Assembly (NCBI GenBank): GCA_030390025.1
Contig: CM059432.1
Span: 142,416,001-142,480,000, forward strand
DNA length: 64,000 bases
DNA from: Squalus acanthias
Taxonomy: Eukaryota
Direction: 5' to 3'
In this document: piece by piece, positions 1-12,649 of the stretch
How the letters are laid out: each line of letters opens with the position of its first letter
How positions within the stretch are numbered: the first letter of the stretch is position 1
Made by a program: the position numbers and the translations under genes
Notes under the pieces: model-generated
Told to the model about the DNA's origin: nothing
The model's database searches: none
Seen by the model: only the letters and a program-made list of their open reading frames with translations

Positions 1-1380
1 CGACGTCCAGGCCGGTTATTCTGGGCGGTGACTTCAACGGCATCATCGATGCGGCTGGACGATCCGGCAGAGCCGACGGCAAACTGGACGCCATGTCCAG
101 ACTCCTGATGGAAGCGGTAAAAGACGCCAAGCTGCACGACGTCTTCAGCAACCCTGCAGACGGAGCGCCGCGTAGATACACCTGGTCGAGACCAGACGGG
201 TCCGTCCGTTCCAGGATAGACTTCCTGTTTGTGTCCCAAGCGCTCGCGGTCAGATCCACCGACGTCACGCCGGTGTTCTTCTCTGACCACTGCCTCTTAC
301 TGGCTGACTGTCACCCACAGGAAGAGCAGAAAGTTGGCAGAGGGATATGGAAGCTGAACGTGAAACTGTTGACCCCAGAGAACATTGAGGAACTCAAAAG
401 GGATTACAAAGGTTGGAGAACCGTGAAACCCCTCTTTGATTCCCCGGCGCACTGGTGGGAAACGATCAAGGCGAACATCAAGAGGTTCTTTATCCTCAAA
501 GGTGTTCAGAAGGCGAGAGAGAGACAGAGGGAAACGTCCCGACTCCAGAAAAGCCTGCAGAATCTGCTCCTGCTGCAGTCGATGGGGGTCGACGTCGGGG
601 AGGAACTCCAAGAGGTGAAGGGCCAGCAAGCCTCGCTCTACGCCTCCGAGTCCTCCAAGATCATCTTCCGCTCCAGAGTCCGCTCCGTGGAGCAGGACGA
701 GACGTGCTCGCGTTTCTTCTTCCAAAAGGTACACAGAGGGAGCTCTGTGATCGACAGCCTGAAGGAAGAAGACGGTTCTGTGACGTCCTCGCAGCCTGAC
801 ATACGAAGGATCAGCAAATCCTTCTACGCCGGGCTGTACGACGCGAAGCCCACAGACAGCGCGGCCTCCCAGTCTTTCCTGTCGTCTATCTCGGAGGTGC
901 TAGACGACAGCAAGCGGGAGAGTCTGGATCACCCGTAACTCTGGACGAGCTGACAAAGGCCGTCCGCTCCTCCGAGACGAGTAAAACTCCCGGAAGCGAC
1001 GGCTTACCGGTCGAGTTGTATTCGGCTCTGTGGGACTGGATGGGCCCAGACCTGCTGGAAGTGTACGGGGGTATGCTTCTAGCCAGCAGCGTGTCAGAAT
1101 CCATGAGGAAAGGCATCATCACCCTCATCTACAAGCAGAAGGGGGAGAGGGAAGAAATCAGAAACTGCGGCCCATTTCGCTGCTTAATGTTGACTACAAG
1201 ATTCTGTCCAAGGTCATCGCCAACAGGGTCAAGGCTGCTCTGGAGCTGGTGATCCACCTGGATCAGACCCGCACCATATTCTGTATCACCTGTATTGTAC
1301 CACATGAAATGTGATGTGTATTGTATTGTAATGTATTTTGACAAATTTTATGAATAAAGTATATTTTGGAGAAAAAAAAA
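1..1380 (+). mobile_element. Tx1/L1-clade non-LTR retrotransposon, internally deleted (APE C-terminus, start of RT, 3' poly(A) end)
   Basis: GDFN at the window start. ORF 93-938 has YTW..SRIDF, SDH and WKLN. Frameshifted RT start ([23 protein letters not shown]) runs to ~1270, then jumps to a 3' end with AATAAA and an A-run at ~1370-1380. Confidence 0.85.
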
Positions 1381-2443
1381 TCGGTATTATTACTGCTGCC
1401 CACGCTCTCCGCCTCTTCATCTTTGTCTTCTGCTGGGATGTCGCCTGAGGTGAGGAATTACCTTCTATCAAGAGTAGGCTCCGTGCTTAGGATCCTTCTC
1501 AGAAAAGCTGTAAACCTGCGGTGTAGACAGTTGCCTGTCACTGTGATAAATACCAGCACCATTGTACTGACGTTCCTGCCAGAATGAGACTGTTTCTCAC
1601 TGTTGTAAGCCCCTGCTTCGGGACGGAGCTGGTTTTTAAGTTCTAGCCTCACTTCTCAGTCATGTAGCACGCAGAGTAAGCTCTTCCGAGTTGGATTAAC
1701 CGTCTTTTTCCTTCATTAATGGCTTTATTTTAATTTGTTTTCCGTTCTCAACTTGTACCACATGGGGCACATGGAATGCTCTTCCGAGTTTCTATTAAAA
1801 AAAAACAACGTATGGGAAGGAGAGACTTGATGGTCAACTCGTGGAGCTCATCAGGTTTACAGCTTCATACTATGTCCGGTTCTGGGCACCGCACCTCAGG
1901 AAGGATATATTGGCCTTGGAGGAGGTGCAGCGCAGATTGACCAGAATGATACTGAGGCTTAGTGGCTTAAAATATGAGGACAGGTTGCAGAGACTAGGCT
2001 TGAATTGCCGTAAGTATAGAAGGTTAAGCGGTGGTCTAATTGAGGTGTTTAAGATGATTTGATAGGGTAGATAGAGAGAAACTATTTCCTCTGGTGGGGG
2101 GAGTCGAGAACACAGGGGCATAACCTTGAAATTAGAGCCAGGCCGTTCAGGGCTGATGTCAGGAAGCACTTCCTCACACAAAGGGTAGTGGAAATCTGGA
2201 ACTCTCCCCAAAAAACTGTTGAGGCTGAGAGTCAACTAAAAATTTCAAAACTGGGATTGATAGATTTTTATTAGGCAAGTGTATTAAGGGTTACAGAACC
2301 AAGGCTGGTAGATGGAGTTAAGATAAAGATCAGCCATGATCTAACTAAATGGCAAAATGCGGAGATGCCGGTGTTGGACTGGGGTGGACAAAAATGAGAA
2401 GTCGCACAACACCAGGTTATAGTCCAACAGATTTATTTAAAAT

Positions 2444-2479
2444 TACAAGCTTTCGGAGCTGTTGCCCCTTCGTCAGGTA
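2444..2479 (-). ncRNA. Minimal type I hammerhead ribozyme motif
   Basis: Minus strand: TAC CTGACGA A GGGGC AACA GCTCC GAAA GC TT GTA. Stem I TAC/GTA, stem II, palindromic AAGCTT in place of stem III. Confidence 0.75.
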
Positions 2480-2750
2480 GAGTTACAATGAGGGAATCTA
2501 CAATATTTCACAGTATATAAACACCGAAAGCAATTTGTCTGCAGAGATACAATCTTTCAGGGAGGCCTTACATCAAAGGCACACCAGAGCACAGCCAAGA
2601 CAATGAGATGGGTCACAGGGGGTCCAACGTGTCAAATCCTGCTGTCTGCAGTTGAGCTTTTAACTTTTTTTTGTTGTGCGACTTCTCATAAATGGCAAAA
2701 GTGAGAAGTCGCACAACACCAGGTTATAGTCCAACAGTTTTATTTGAAAT

Positions 2751-2786
2751 CACAAGCTTTCGGAGCGGCTGCTCCTTCGTCAGGTG
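2751..2786 (-). ncRNA. Minimal type I hammerhead ribozyme motif
   Basis: Minus strand: CAC CTGACGA A GGAGC AGCC GCTCC GAAA GC TT GTG. Confidence 0.75.
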
Positions 2787-3182
2787 AAGTGAAGAAATAC
2801 ATATGGGCACAGCATATATAGTCAGAGAACACTGCCAGACGACTACAGTTATTCTTTCTGACTGCCCTTTATCACACCTCGGCAGAGAGACAATCACGGC
2901 AATCAAATCCAACCAGGTCAGTCAGGAAGACATTACATCAACTAAATGGCAAGATAGGCTCGAGGGGCTGAATGGCCTCATCCCATTCCTGTACCAGAGA
3001 CTGACGTCACTGGCAGGAAACAACTGGGTTGGTTGGACTTTATCAACATAAAGGGGCCTTAACACTCTGATGCTACTATTTATCCGACAATATTGTCTGA
3101 CGGCCCGTTATCAAGGGACGTCTTGAATAAATTTCCTGTGAAGCGTGAATTCTTCACTCTCGCTTCCCCCAGCCTTTTAAGA

Positions 3183-3495
3183 ATCACAGAATCCCCACAG
3201 TGCAGATAGAGGCCATTTCAGCCCATCAAGCCTGCACCGACACATGTCCCACCCTATCCCCGTAACCCCACGTATTTAATCCCCCCTAACACTAAGGATC
3301 AATTTATCATAGCCAAATCAACCTAACCCACACATCTTTGGACTGTGGGAGGAAACCGGAGCACCCGGAGGAAACCCACGCAGACACGGGGAGAATGTGC
3401 AAACTCCACACAGACAGTCACCCGAGGCTGGATTTGAACCCGGGTCCCTGGCGCTGTGAGGCAACAGTGTTAACCACTATGCCACCGTGCTGCCC
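3183..3495 (-). mobile_element. HE1-type (V-SINE) tRNA-derived SINE
   Basis: Minus strand starts gggcagcacggtggcatagtggtt (box A), then ggttcaaatcc (box B), V-domain-like gtggagtttgcacattctccccgtgtctgcgtgggtttcctcc, and a CR1-like tail. Confidence 0.85.
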
Positions 3496-3724
3496 ACTAA
3501 CATTTTGCAAGCTCCTGCGCAAACAGCCTCCCTTTGGCGATCGGTGCTCTGGTAAGATGAATGGGTTATCACAGGCGATAAAATATATTGCTGATTTGGG
3601 AAAATTCAGGCTTGCCAAAAAATTGTGTGAAGTTGTCAACACAGTTGAGAAGAGGAAGAAATGATCATAAGACCACAATGGAACTTGTCACAAGAAGCTA
3701 GGCCACAGCAAGGCTGCTAACAAT

Positions 3725-4469
3725 GGGCTGGATCTTGCTGGAGTGAGACATCTCGCGGTGTGCCCCGTTAGTTAGACTTGTTTCAGCACCCTTCAGCGCG
3801 AAGATCTTTTGCGCCGTAACTTGCTGGGAATGCGAGCTGATAACAGCAACGGGGCATCTGGGACCTCGGTGAACGACGGCACCAACAGTCTACCTCCTTA
3901 ACCAATGAGAGTTAAGGATTGAGAAAGAAACAGAGGAACGACGGAGAAGGAAATCGGGTGCATTAGAGTCAAATCAGGTACAGAAAGAGGAATAACGAGA
4001 GGGAAAGAAAGACTGGATTAAGAGAGAGAGAAAACAAAAGATAGAAAGGAAAAGTAAAAAAAAAAGTTTAAATTTAAAATGAGAAATTTTTTAAATCTCT
4101 AAGAAAGATTTAATACCTGCAGGAATGAGACTGAACAGTTTAAATTGTTCCCTGTCTGGGCCGGAGAGGTTGATTGGTATTGCATTAACAATTATCCGGT
4201 TGTTAAAAGGGTACTAATGCTGCTAATTATCAGCCCTAACTTTCTGTAGCGAGTTTAATGGGCAATTAATGTGCAAATCCAGCAAGTTCTTAAAAATAAC
4301 GGGAAGGCTGAGGGCGAGAGGCCGTTTGTGCGAAGCAAACTGTGGCGCGGCGTAAATCGACCAGCAAGTTGCGGAGATTTGCAACTCACGGCGTAACTCT
4401 TCATCCCCCGAGCTTGCTGGCCGAGTTGCGCCGTTAATGAGCCGTTATTTTTCCAGCAAGATTCGACCC
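3725..4469. mobile_element. Non-autonomous DNA transposon (PIF/Harbinger-like MITE)
   Basis: Imperfect TIRs gggctggatcttgctgga / tccagcaagattcgaccc. 3-bp flanks aat/act. No coding capacity. Confidence 0.65.
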
Positions 4470-5634
4470 ACTATTCTACGAACGAGGGTGATAGTTCTAG
4501 CGCAAGCCCTGATTTTTTGACAGCCCTGTATTCTTAAGACTCGAATGCTTCAATAGAAAGCAGAGCTTGTTTGTTTTACTTGCATGTTTCCCACTGGAGC
4601 GCTCCTATTTGTATCTCATAAAAATAGAAAAATGCTGGCAAAGCGAAATCGAAGTGGTCAACAACCTTTCCCTCCTCAACGCAGCATAGCCATCACGTTT
4701 TAAAAGCACACAGAGGTCAGATAAAAGGCAACGTGGTCCTGTCAGTGCGGCACCGGCAAGGTCCACACAGAAGCTCACGGCACTCAATGAACCATTTGAT
4801 TGTATCCGACTCTTTATCAGACACAACTGACACCGAGGGATTTGAAATATGTTTGGACAGTCCGATTGTATATTTTGTCAGAAGTCTTAGTCCAACATTT
4901 CTCGTCTTGGCATATGTATTTTTTTCGGGGGGGCGGTGGGGGGGGATTTTTATGAAGGAAGTGAGGCTCAGTTAACCGCAGAAAAGAACTTATTTCTACG
5001 TAAAAGCTAACTCTGCAGTTTGTCAGCACTGCTGGGTGAATTACTGATTCTCGCACGTATAGCCAAGGAGGTGAATAAAATGGTGTCTCGCTCCCACATT
5101 GCATTCTGAAGCTATTGAACTTTTAGCCGTTGAGTTGGACGCCAGTATTGTGGGGCTTGTGTCGTCATGTCAGGGAACATTGCTCTTTGACCTGTGATCT
5201 CAGGAACCCAGGGCCAATCACTAGAGCAATAGAGGGAGGTTTTTCAAGCAAACCTCAAAACCGATGGTGTGAGGGACACCATATTTTTATCAGAGATATA
5301 TATATTTTTAAACTACCCGTTTAAAGTTGCTTTCTCCCCATTTCCTAATTGGATTTCCCTGTGTTGTGCACTGCGCACAGTTGAAGGGTCAAGGAGACAA
5401 CCTGCTCCCAGAATTCTCTGAAACCCACTTCAGCGAGGCACATGAGAGTAGCCTTGGGATATCAGCCTATCTGGTCTTCCCGCTCACTCTCCAAAGGAAT
5501 GACGCACCATCCAACACTTCCATGTTTGACCAAGGGTCTTGCAGGAGATTGTAATCTTCTGCTCCAGGATTGTCCTGTCATTTTAATGGTGCTCTTTCAT
5601 CAGTCCTATGCGGGCTGGGATAGCATTCCCCGAT

Positions 5635-6558
5635 TCTCCCCTCTCCCCTCCTCTCCTCCCCCACCCTCCACTCCCATCGCCTCCACTCCTTTCCTTCCCT
5701 TCCCTCTACTCCATCCCCTCCTCTCCTCCCCACCTTCCATTCCCCTCCTCTCCTCCCCACCTTCCATTCCCCTCCTCTCCTCCCCACCTTCCATCCCCTC
5801 CTCTCCTCCCCCACCCTCCACTCCCATCCCCTCCTCTCCTCCCCACCTTCCATTCCCCTCCTCTCCTCCCCACCTTCCATCCCCTCCTCTCCTCCCCCAC
5901 CCTCCACTCCCATCCCCTCCTCTCCTCCCCACCTTCCATTCCCCTCCTCTCCTCCCCACCTTCCATTCCCCTCCTCTCCTCCCCACCTTCCATCCCCTCC
6001 TCTCCTCCCCCACCCTCCACTCCCATCCCCTCCTCTCCTCCCCACCTTCCATTCCCCTCCTCTCCTCCCCACCTTCCATCCCCTCCTCTCCTCCCCCACC
6101 CTCCACTCCCATCGCCTCCTCTCCTTCCCTTCCCTTCCCTCTACTCCATCCCCTCCTCTCCTCCCCACCTTCCATTCCCCTCCTCTCCACTCCTCTCTTC
6201 CCCTCTCCTCCCCCTCCCCTCTTTCCCTCCCCTCTCCTCTCCTCTCCTCTCCCCTCCCTTCTCCACTCCTCTCCTCCTCTCCTCCCCTCCTCCTCTCCCT
6301 TCTCCTCTCCTCTCCTCCCCTCCTCCTCTCCCTTCTCCTCTCCTGTCTTCCCCTCACCTCACCTCCTCCCCTCTCCTCCCCTCTCCACTCCTCTCCTCTC
6401 CTCTCCTCCCCTCCCCTCTCCTCTCTACTCCTCTCCTCTCCTCTCCCCTCCCTTCTCCACTCCTCTCCTCCTCTCCTCTCCTCTCCTCCCCTCCCCTCTG
6501 CCTTCCTCTCCTCCCCTCAGCTGCTCTCCTCTCCTCTCTCCTCTCCCTCTTCCCCCTG
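5635..6558. repeat. Polypyrimidine/polypurine low-complexity tandem repeat
   Basis: ~920 bp of cccctcctctcctccccaccttccat-type units grading into (CTCTC)n. Confidence 0.95.
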
Positions 6559-7065
6559 CCTCGGTCTGTTTATCCACCCTCCCTCTAATACTGCGTGGCC
6601 AAAATCCTGCACTTGTTTATGTCTCTCCCATATGTGATGCCATGGGAGACCAGCTCGTTATTTTTTTTTAAATGTAGAGTACAGTACTTCTCAAATGATT
6701 TAGTTGCAGTTGAAAGTTGACTGAGTCAGAAATGTGAAAGGATATAAAGTCTTATCCACTAGAGAGGAGATTTTTAGTTTTAAAGGTGGCAGTATTTCTA
6801 GTTTGAGATATTTGCCTCTCGTTAATCATCCATTCTGATCCAGTTATGAATCCCGCTGATATTCCTGGTGGGCTATTGTTTGACAGCCATATACTCATTA
6901 TGTAGAACAGATCACCACTGACCTCCTGTCACCCTTTCACAAGGCTTCTTTGCTGCTCCAAGCTCACTCCAGGGGAGAAGCAATTGATCACTTTCCATTG
7001 CCTTTCATGTGTTCTTGTGTGGTGCCTGGCTCAGTCACTCTGTTACCATTGCTCGTGTAGAGTTG

Positions 7066-7453
7066 GGAGCCGGGAACCGGAGCCAGGAATCTGGAGCAAG
7101 GTTTATGGAATCCAGAGCCAGGAATCCGGAGCCCGGAGCTAGGAATCCGGAACTGGAAGCCCGGAGCCAGGAATCCGGAGTCAGGAATCCGGAGTCAGGA
7201 AGCAGGAGCCCAGAGCCTGGAGCTCGGAGTCAGGAACCCAGAGTCGGGAGCTAGAATCCGGAGCCAGGAATCTGGAGCCAGGAATCAGGAGCCTGAAGCT
7301 GCGAATCAGGAATCAGGAGCCAGGAATCCAGAGCCAGGAGCCCGGAGCTTGGAGCCAGAATCCGGAGCCAGGAGCCGGGAGTCCGGAGTCAGGAGTCCGG
7401 AGCCAAGATCCCAGAGCTAGGAGCCAGGAGCTCAGCCTGCAGTCCGGAGCCAG
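7066..7453. repeat. Degenerate ~7-bp tandem repeat (ggagcca/ggaatcc)
   Basis: Directly visible periodic units. Confidence 0.9.
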
Positions 7454-7613
7454 GACTACTGTACCCCAATATAACTGGTAAATGGGCCTGTATGTTTTTT
7501 TTAAAGTCATTTTCAGTCAATTAAAATCGGGTTACTCACAGATGGTGGATTGACACTGTGATTAAAATGCAAATTTTGTGATAAATCTTTTTCAGCTTGC
7601 ATTCAGCTTCCTC

Positions 7614-8176
7614 GGGAACGGTAGTGTAGTGGTAATGTCACTGGGCTAGTAATCCAGAGGCCTAGACTAATGATCCAGAGACGTGAGTTCAAATCCCACC
7701 ACAGCAGCTGCGGAATTTAAATTCAGTTAATTAAATAAATCTGGAATAAAAAGCTAGTATCAGTAATGGTAACCATGAAACTATCGGATTGTCGTAAAAA
7801 CCCATCTGGTTCACTTATGTCCTTTAGGGAAGGAAATCTGCTGCCCTTACCTGGTCTGGCCGATATGTGACTCCAGACCCACAGCAATGTGGTTGACTCT
7901 TAACTGCCCTCTGAAATAGCCTAGCAAGCCACTCAGTTGTAACAAACCGCTACGAAAAATAATAAGAATAAAACCGGACAGACCACCCGGCATCGACCTC
8001 GGCACCAGCTTCGGACCCGGCAATGGCACACCCAGCCCAGTCGACCCTGCAAAGTCCTCCTCACTAACATCTGGGGACCTGTGCCAAAATTTGGAGCGCT
8101 GCCCCACAGACTAGTCAAGCAACAGCCTGACACAGTAATAGTCATACTCACAGAATCAGACCTTTCAGTCAATGTT
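7614..8176 (+). mobile_element. 5' part of a tRNA-headed CR1-group LINE (SINE-like head and body fused to APE N-terminus)
   Basis: Box A tagtgtagtgg at 7622-7632, anticodon arm ctgggctAGTaatccag at 7641-7657, box B gttcaaatcc at ~7687-7696. Frame open from 7943 encodes ...KVLLTNIWG...QPDTVIVILTES (APE motifs I-II). Confidence 0.75.
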
Positions 8177-11055
8177 GCTTACAATTCCTGCACCATGAGG
8201 GAACTTCAGGACACTTCATGTGTCTTGGGGACCGTGTGTGTAGGAAGTGTTTCCAGCTGCTCGAGCTCGAGCTCAGGGTTTCCGAGCTTGAGGGGCAGCT
8301 GGAGTCACTGTGGAGCATCAGGGAGGCTGAGAGTTTCCTGGACCGGATGTTCCAGGAGGTGGCCCCCCCACAGGCAGAGTTCAGGATAGTCAGTGGGTGA
8401 GGGAGGAAGTTAAAAAGTAGGACCTCAAAGGTAATAATCTCTGGATTACTCCCAGTGCCATGTGCCAGCGAGAGTAGAAATAGGAAGATCGGATCAATGC
8501 TTGGCTTGAGGCATGGTGCAGGAGGGAGGGCTTCAGATTCTTGGGGCATTGGGACCAGTTCTGGGGCAGGAGGCACCTATTCAAAAGGGACGGGTTGCAC
8601 CTCAACAGGACTCGGACCAATGTCCTCGCGGGAGCGGTTCACTAGTGTGGTTGGGGAGGGTTTAAACTAAATTGGCAGGGGGTGGGCACCAGCATATAGA
8701 AGTAGAAAAGAAGAATAAGGTGCATAAAGGAGGGAGCGTGTTGGATAGTACTAGAGAAGGAAGTAGAACCATATGAGATGGGAGCAGACTAAGAAGGACT
8801 ACGAGGAATACAAAGACAGGTTTGGAATGAATGTATGTAAACATACAAAGTGTGGTGAATAGGCTGGTGAGCTACAAGCACATTTAGCCGTGTGGCAATA
8901 TGATGTTGTGGCAATCATGGAAACGTGGCTTAAAAATGGTGAGGACTGGGCGCTTAATATTCACGGATACAAGGTGTTCAGAAAAGATAGGGAAGGAAAA
9001 AAGGGAGGTGGGGTGGCAGTACTGATTAAGGAAGACATTGTAGTGTTGGAAAGAGAGGATGTTCTTGAGGGGGCAAGGACAGAATCCATTTGGTTAGAGT
9101 TGTGAAGCAAAAAGGGTACGATCACGCTATTGGGGGTATTCTATAGGCCTCCAAATAGTGAGAGAGAGACAGAGGAGCAAATCACAGAGATGTGCAAGAA
9201 CTATAGAATGGTGATATTGGGGGACTTTAATTACCCAAATATCGATTGGGATAATATTAGAGTAAAGGGAAAGGAGGGGGAGGAATTTCTGAAATGTGTT
9301 CAGGAGAACTTCCTTGACCAGTATGTTCTCGGCCAAACTAGGAAGGAGGCATTGCTGGATCTGGGGCTGGGGAATGAGGTGGACCAAGTGTCTGGGGGAG
9401 AACACTTGGGTAAGAGTGATCATCGTATCATAAGGTTTAGATTAGTAATGGAGAAGACCAAGGAGCAATCTAAAGTAGAACTTCTAAATTGGAAGAGGGA
9501 TAACTTCAATGGGATGAGAGGGGATCTAGCCAGGGTAAAATGGAACCAAAGACTGACAGGAAAAACTGTAATGGAACAATGGGTGATCTTTAAGGAGGAG
9601 ATGTTTCAGGTACAGGCTAGGTACATTCCAACAAGAGGGAAAGGTAAGGGAACCAAAGCCAGGGCTCCTTGGATGACGAGGGAGATAAAGAATATGATGA
9701 AACAAAAAAAGAGGGTGTATGATGCATGTCACGTGAATTCTTCAAGTGAGAACCAGACCAAATACAATAAGTTGAGGGGGAGTGAAGAGGAAAATAAGAC
9801 TGGCAAAGAGAGAATATGAGAGTAGAATGGCAGTTAACATAAAAGGGAACCCAAAAATCTTCTACCGGCATGTAAACAGTAAGCAGGTAGTAAAAGGCGG
9901 GGTGGGGCCTATTAGGAACAAAGAAAGTGATATATGCTTAGAGGCGCAGGGCAAGGCTAGAATACTCAATGAGTACTTTGTATTGGTGTTTACTAAGGAA
10001 GAGGATGCTGACAATATTGGTAGAAGCGGAGATGGTAGAGGTAATGGATGGGGTGAAAATTGATCGGCAGGATGTACTGGAAAGGCTGGATATGCTTAGA
10101 GTGGATAAGTCGCCTGGTCCAGATGGCTTGCATCCCAGGTTGCTAAGGGAAGAGGAGCTGGAGATAGCGGAAGGGCTTGCCATAATCTTCCAATCTTCCC
10201 TAGATATGGGGGAGGTGCCAGAGGATTGGAAAGTGGCAAATGTGACACCCTTGTTCAAAAAAGGGTGTAAGGACAATCTAGTAACTACAGGCCAGTCAGT
10301 TTAACATCAGTGGTGGGTAAGGTTTTAGAAACAATAATCAGGGAAAAAATTAACAGGCACTTGGAGAGGTTTAAGTTAATTAAGGAGAGCCAGCATGGAT
10401 TTGTAAAAGGCAGATCGTGTTTGACTAATCTAATTAATTTTTTTGATGAAGTAACAGTGAAGGTTGATGAAGGGAATGCAGTGGATGTTGTCTATATGGA
10501 TTTTAAGAAAGCGTTTGACAAAGTACCACATAGAAGGCTGGTTAACAAAATTGAGGTTCATGGAATAGGAGGGTCAGTGTCAGCTTGGATAAGAATTGGC
10601 TTAAGGACAGAAAACAGCGAGTTGTGGTAAATGCCTGTTTTTCAGACTGGAGGATCGTAGACAGTGGTGTTCCCCAAGGATTTGACAGAGGTGTACAAGA
10701 TTATGACGGGTTTCGATAAGGTAGACAGAGAAAGGCTGTTCCCATTAACTGATGGTACAAGGACTAGGGGACACAGATTTAAGGTTTTGGGCAAGAGATA
10801 CAGGGGGGATGTGAGGAAGAACTTTTTTACGCAGCGAGTGGTGAGGACCTGGAACTCGCTACCGACGAGGGTGGTGGAAGCGGGGACAATCAATGATTTC
10901 AAAAGGAAATTGGATAGGCACTTGAGGGAAATAAACTTGCAGGGCTATGGGGATAGAGCGGGGGAATGGGACTGACTGGATTGCTCTACAGAGAGCTGGT
11001 ATGGACTTGATGGGCCCCGAATGACCTCCTTCTGTGCCGTAATGACTCTATGACT
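8177..11055 (+). mobile_element. CR1 LINE, degenerate (ORF1 zinc finger/leucine zipper and esterase remnant; ORF2 APE-RT with internal deletion)
   Basis: CRKCFQLLELELRVSELE. Broken ORFs 8890-10975 contain METWL, GDFN, SDH, KSPGPDG, YMDFKKAFDKV. GVPQG is joined directly to DLTEVYK at ~10680. atgactct tail. Confidence 0.9.
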
Positions 11056-11353
11056 CCTCCATCACCAGCCCTGGCTATGTCTGTCCCACCAGCCCGACAG
11101 ACCCACCAGAGGTGGCGGCGCAGTGGTATACAGTTGGGAGGGAGTGGCCCTGGGAGTCCTCAACATTGACTAAGGACCCCATGAAGTCTCATGGCTTCAG
11201 GTCAAATATGGGCAAGGAAACTTCCTGCTGATTACCACCTACCACCCTCCCTCAGCTGATGAATCAGTACTCCTCCATGTTGAACACCACTTGGAAGAAG
11301 CACTGAGGGTAGCAAGGGCACAGAATGTACTCTGGGTGGGGGACTTCAATGTC
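11056..11353 (+). mobile_element. Continuation of the tRNA-headed LINE APE domain
   Basis: DRPTRGGG, TYHPPS and LWVGDFNV motifs resume in colinear order after the CR1 insertion. Confidence 0.75.
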
Positions 11354-12641
11354 ATAAGAAATAGGAGCAGGATTCGGCCATTTGGCCCTTCGAGCCTGCT
11401 CCGCCATTCAATAAGATCATGGCTGATCTTCTACCTCAACTCCACTTTCCTGCACTATCCCCATATCCCTTGATTCCCTTAATATCCAAAAATCTATCGG
11501 TCTCTGTCTTGAATATACTCACCGACTGAGTCTCCACAGCCCTCTGGGGTAGAGAATTCCAAAAATTCACCACCCTCTGAGTGAAGAAATTTCTCCTCAT
11601 CTCAGTCCTAAATGGCCGACCCCTTATTCTGAGACTGTGACCCCTGGTTCTAGACTCCCCAGCCAGGGGAAACATCCTCCCTGCATCTACCCTGTCAAGC
11701 CCTGTTAGAATTTTGTATGTTTCAATGAGATCACCTTTCATTCTTCTAAACTTTAGAGAATATAGGCCTCGTCTACTCAATCTCTCCTCCTAGGACAATC
11801 CCCCCATCCCAGGAATCAGTCTGGTGAACCTTTGTTGCACTCCCCCTATGGCAAGTACAGGAAACTCTTGCGTATCCGGCACCGACGGGACCGGGATGGT
11901 GCCGGTTGATTAAAAATTCCGGATAACGGAGAGGTATATCTACCGAGGCTATTTTTAACAAACAAAAATAAAAAAATCAAGAAATGTGCAGTATAATTGG
12001 GTACTCCCCTACAGAATGTTGTGTTAAATGGATGGTGGAAGATGCTTGATTAAGTACAGTACTGCCGGTTGAGGGTAATCCATAACTCTTTAATTACTTA
12101 ACAGTAAACCAAAACTTATAAACGACTGTATACTGTAGTTTTCGGAGTATGAATTCTGCCGGTTATTAGAGAATTCCGGATATTTAGGTGCCGTTTAAAC
12201 GAGAGTTTCCTGTATACCCTTCCTTAGGTAAGGAGACCAAAACTGTAAACAATACTCCAGGTGTGGTCTCACCAGGGCCCTATATAATTGCAGGAATTTG
12301 CTTTCCTAATTGCTTGCTGTACCTGCATGTTAACTTTCAGTGATTCGTGTACAAGGACACCCAGGTCCCTCTGAACACCAACATTTCCTAATCTCTCACC
12401 ATTTAAAAAATACTCTGCTTTTCTAATTTTTCCTACCAAAGTGGATAACTTCACATTTCTCCACATTATATTCCATTTGCCATGTTCATGCCCACTCACT
12501 TGTCTATATCCCCTTGAAGCCTCTTTGCATCCTCCTCACAATTTACATTCACACCCAGTTTTGTATCATCAGCATACTTGGATATATTGCATTTGGTCCC
12601 CTCATCCAAATCATTGATATAGATTGTGAATAGCTGAGGCC
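11354..12641 (-). mobile_element. CR1/HER1 LINE 3' fragment containing a MITE
   Basis: ORFs 11436-11780 and 12496-12744 (FTIYINDLD, KYADDTK). Tail at 11354. Confidence 0.9.
11858..12212. mobile_element. Tc1/mariner-pogo (Tigger-like) MITE
   Basis: TIRs caggaaactct...agagtttcctg with TA duplicated on both sides. Interrupts CR1 at gcaagta|ta. Confidence 0.85.
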
Positions 12642-12649
12642 TATGCCTC

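Larger units (their letters stand above)
2358..2939 (-). mobile_element. Two tandem Penelope-like 3'-end (pLTR) fragments, each with a minimal hammerhead ribozyme
   Basis: Repeated gagaagtcgcacaacaccaggttatagtccaacag block at ~2396 and ~2703. CTGACGA..GAAA cores on the - strand. Flanking target duplication. Confidence 0.75.
1866..2992 (+). mobile_element. CR1/HER1 LINE 3' fragment, interrupted by Penelope-derived inserts
   Basis: ORF 1841-2062 (FWAPHLRKDILALEEVQRR). CR1 3' UTR is split at ~2357/2940 with duplicated target aactaaatggcaa. Confidence 0.8.

Noticed and set aside
5442..6671. Long Pro/Ser- or Gly/Glu-rich ORFs (also 22079-23082, 27517-28852, 61293-62312)
   Set aside because: Stop-free frames caused by simple repeats.
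7614..7700. Functional tRNA-Thr gene
   Set aside because: Duplicated anticodon arm, no proper acceptor stem or terminator, and it continues into retroelement sequence.
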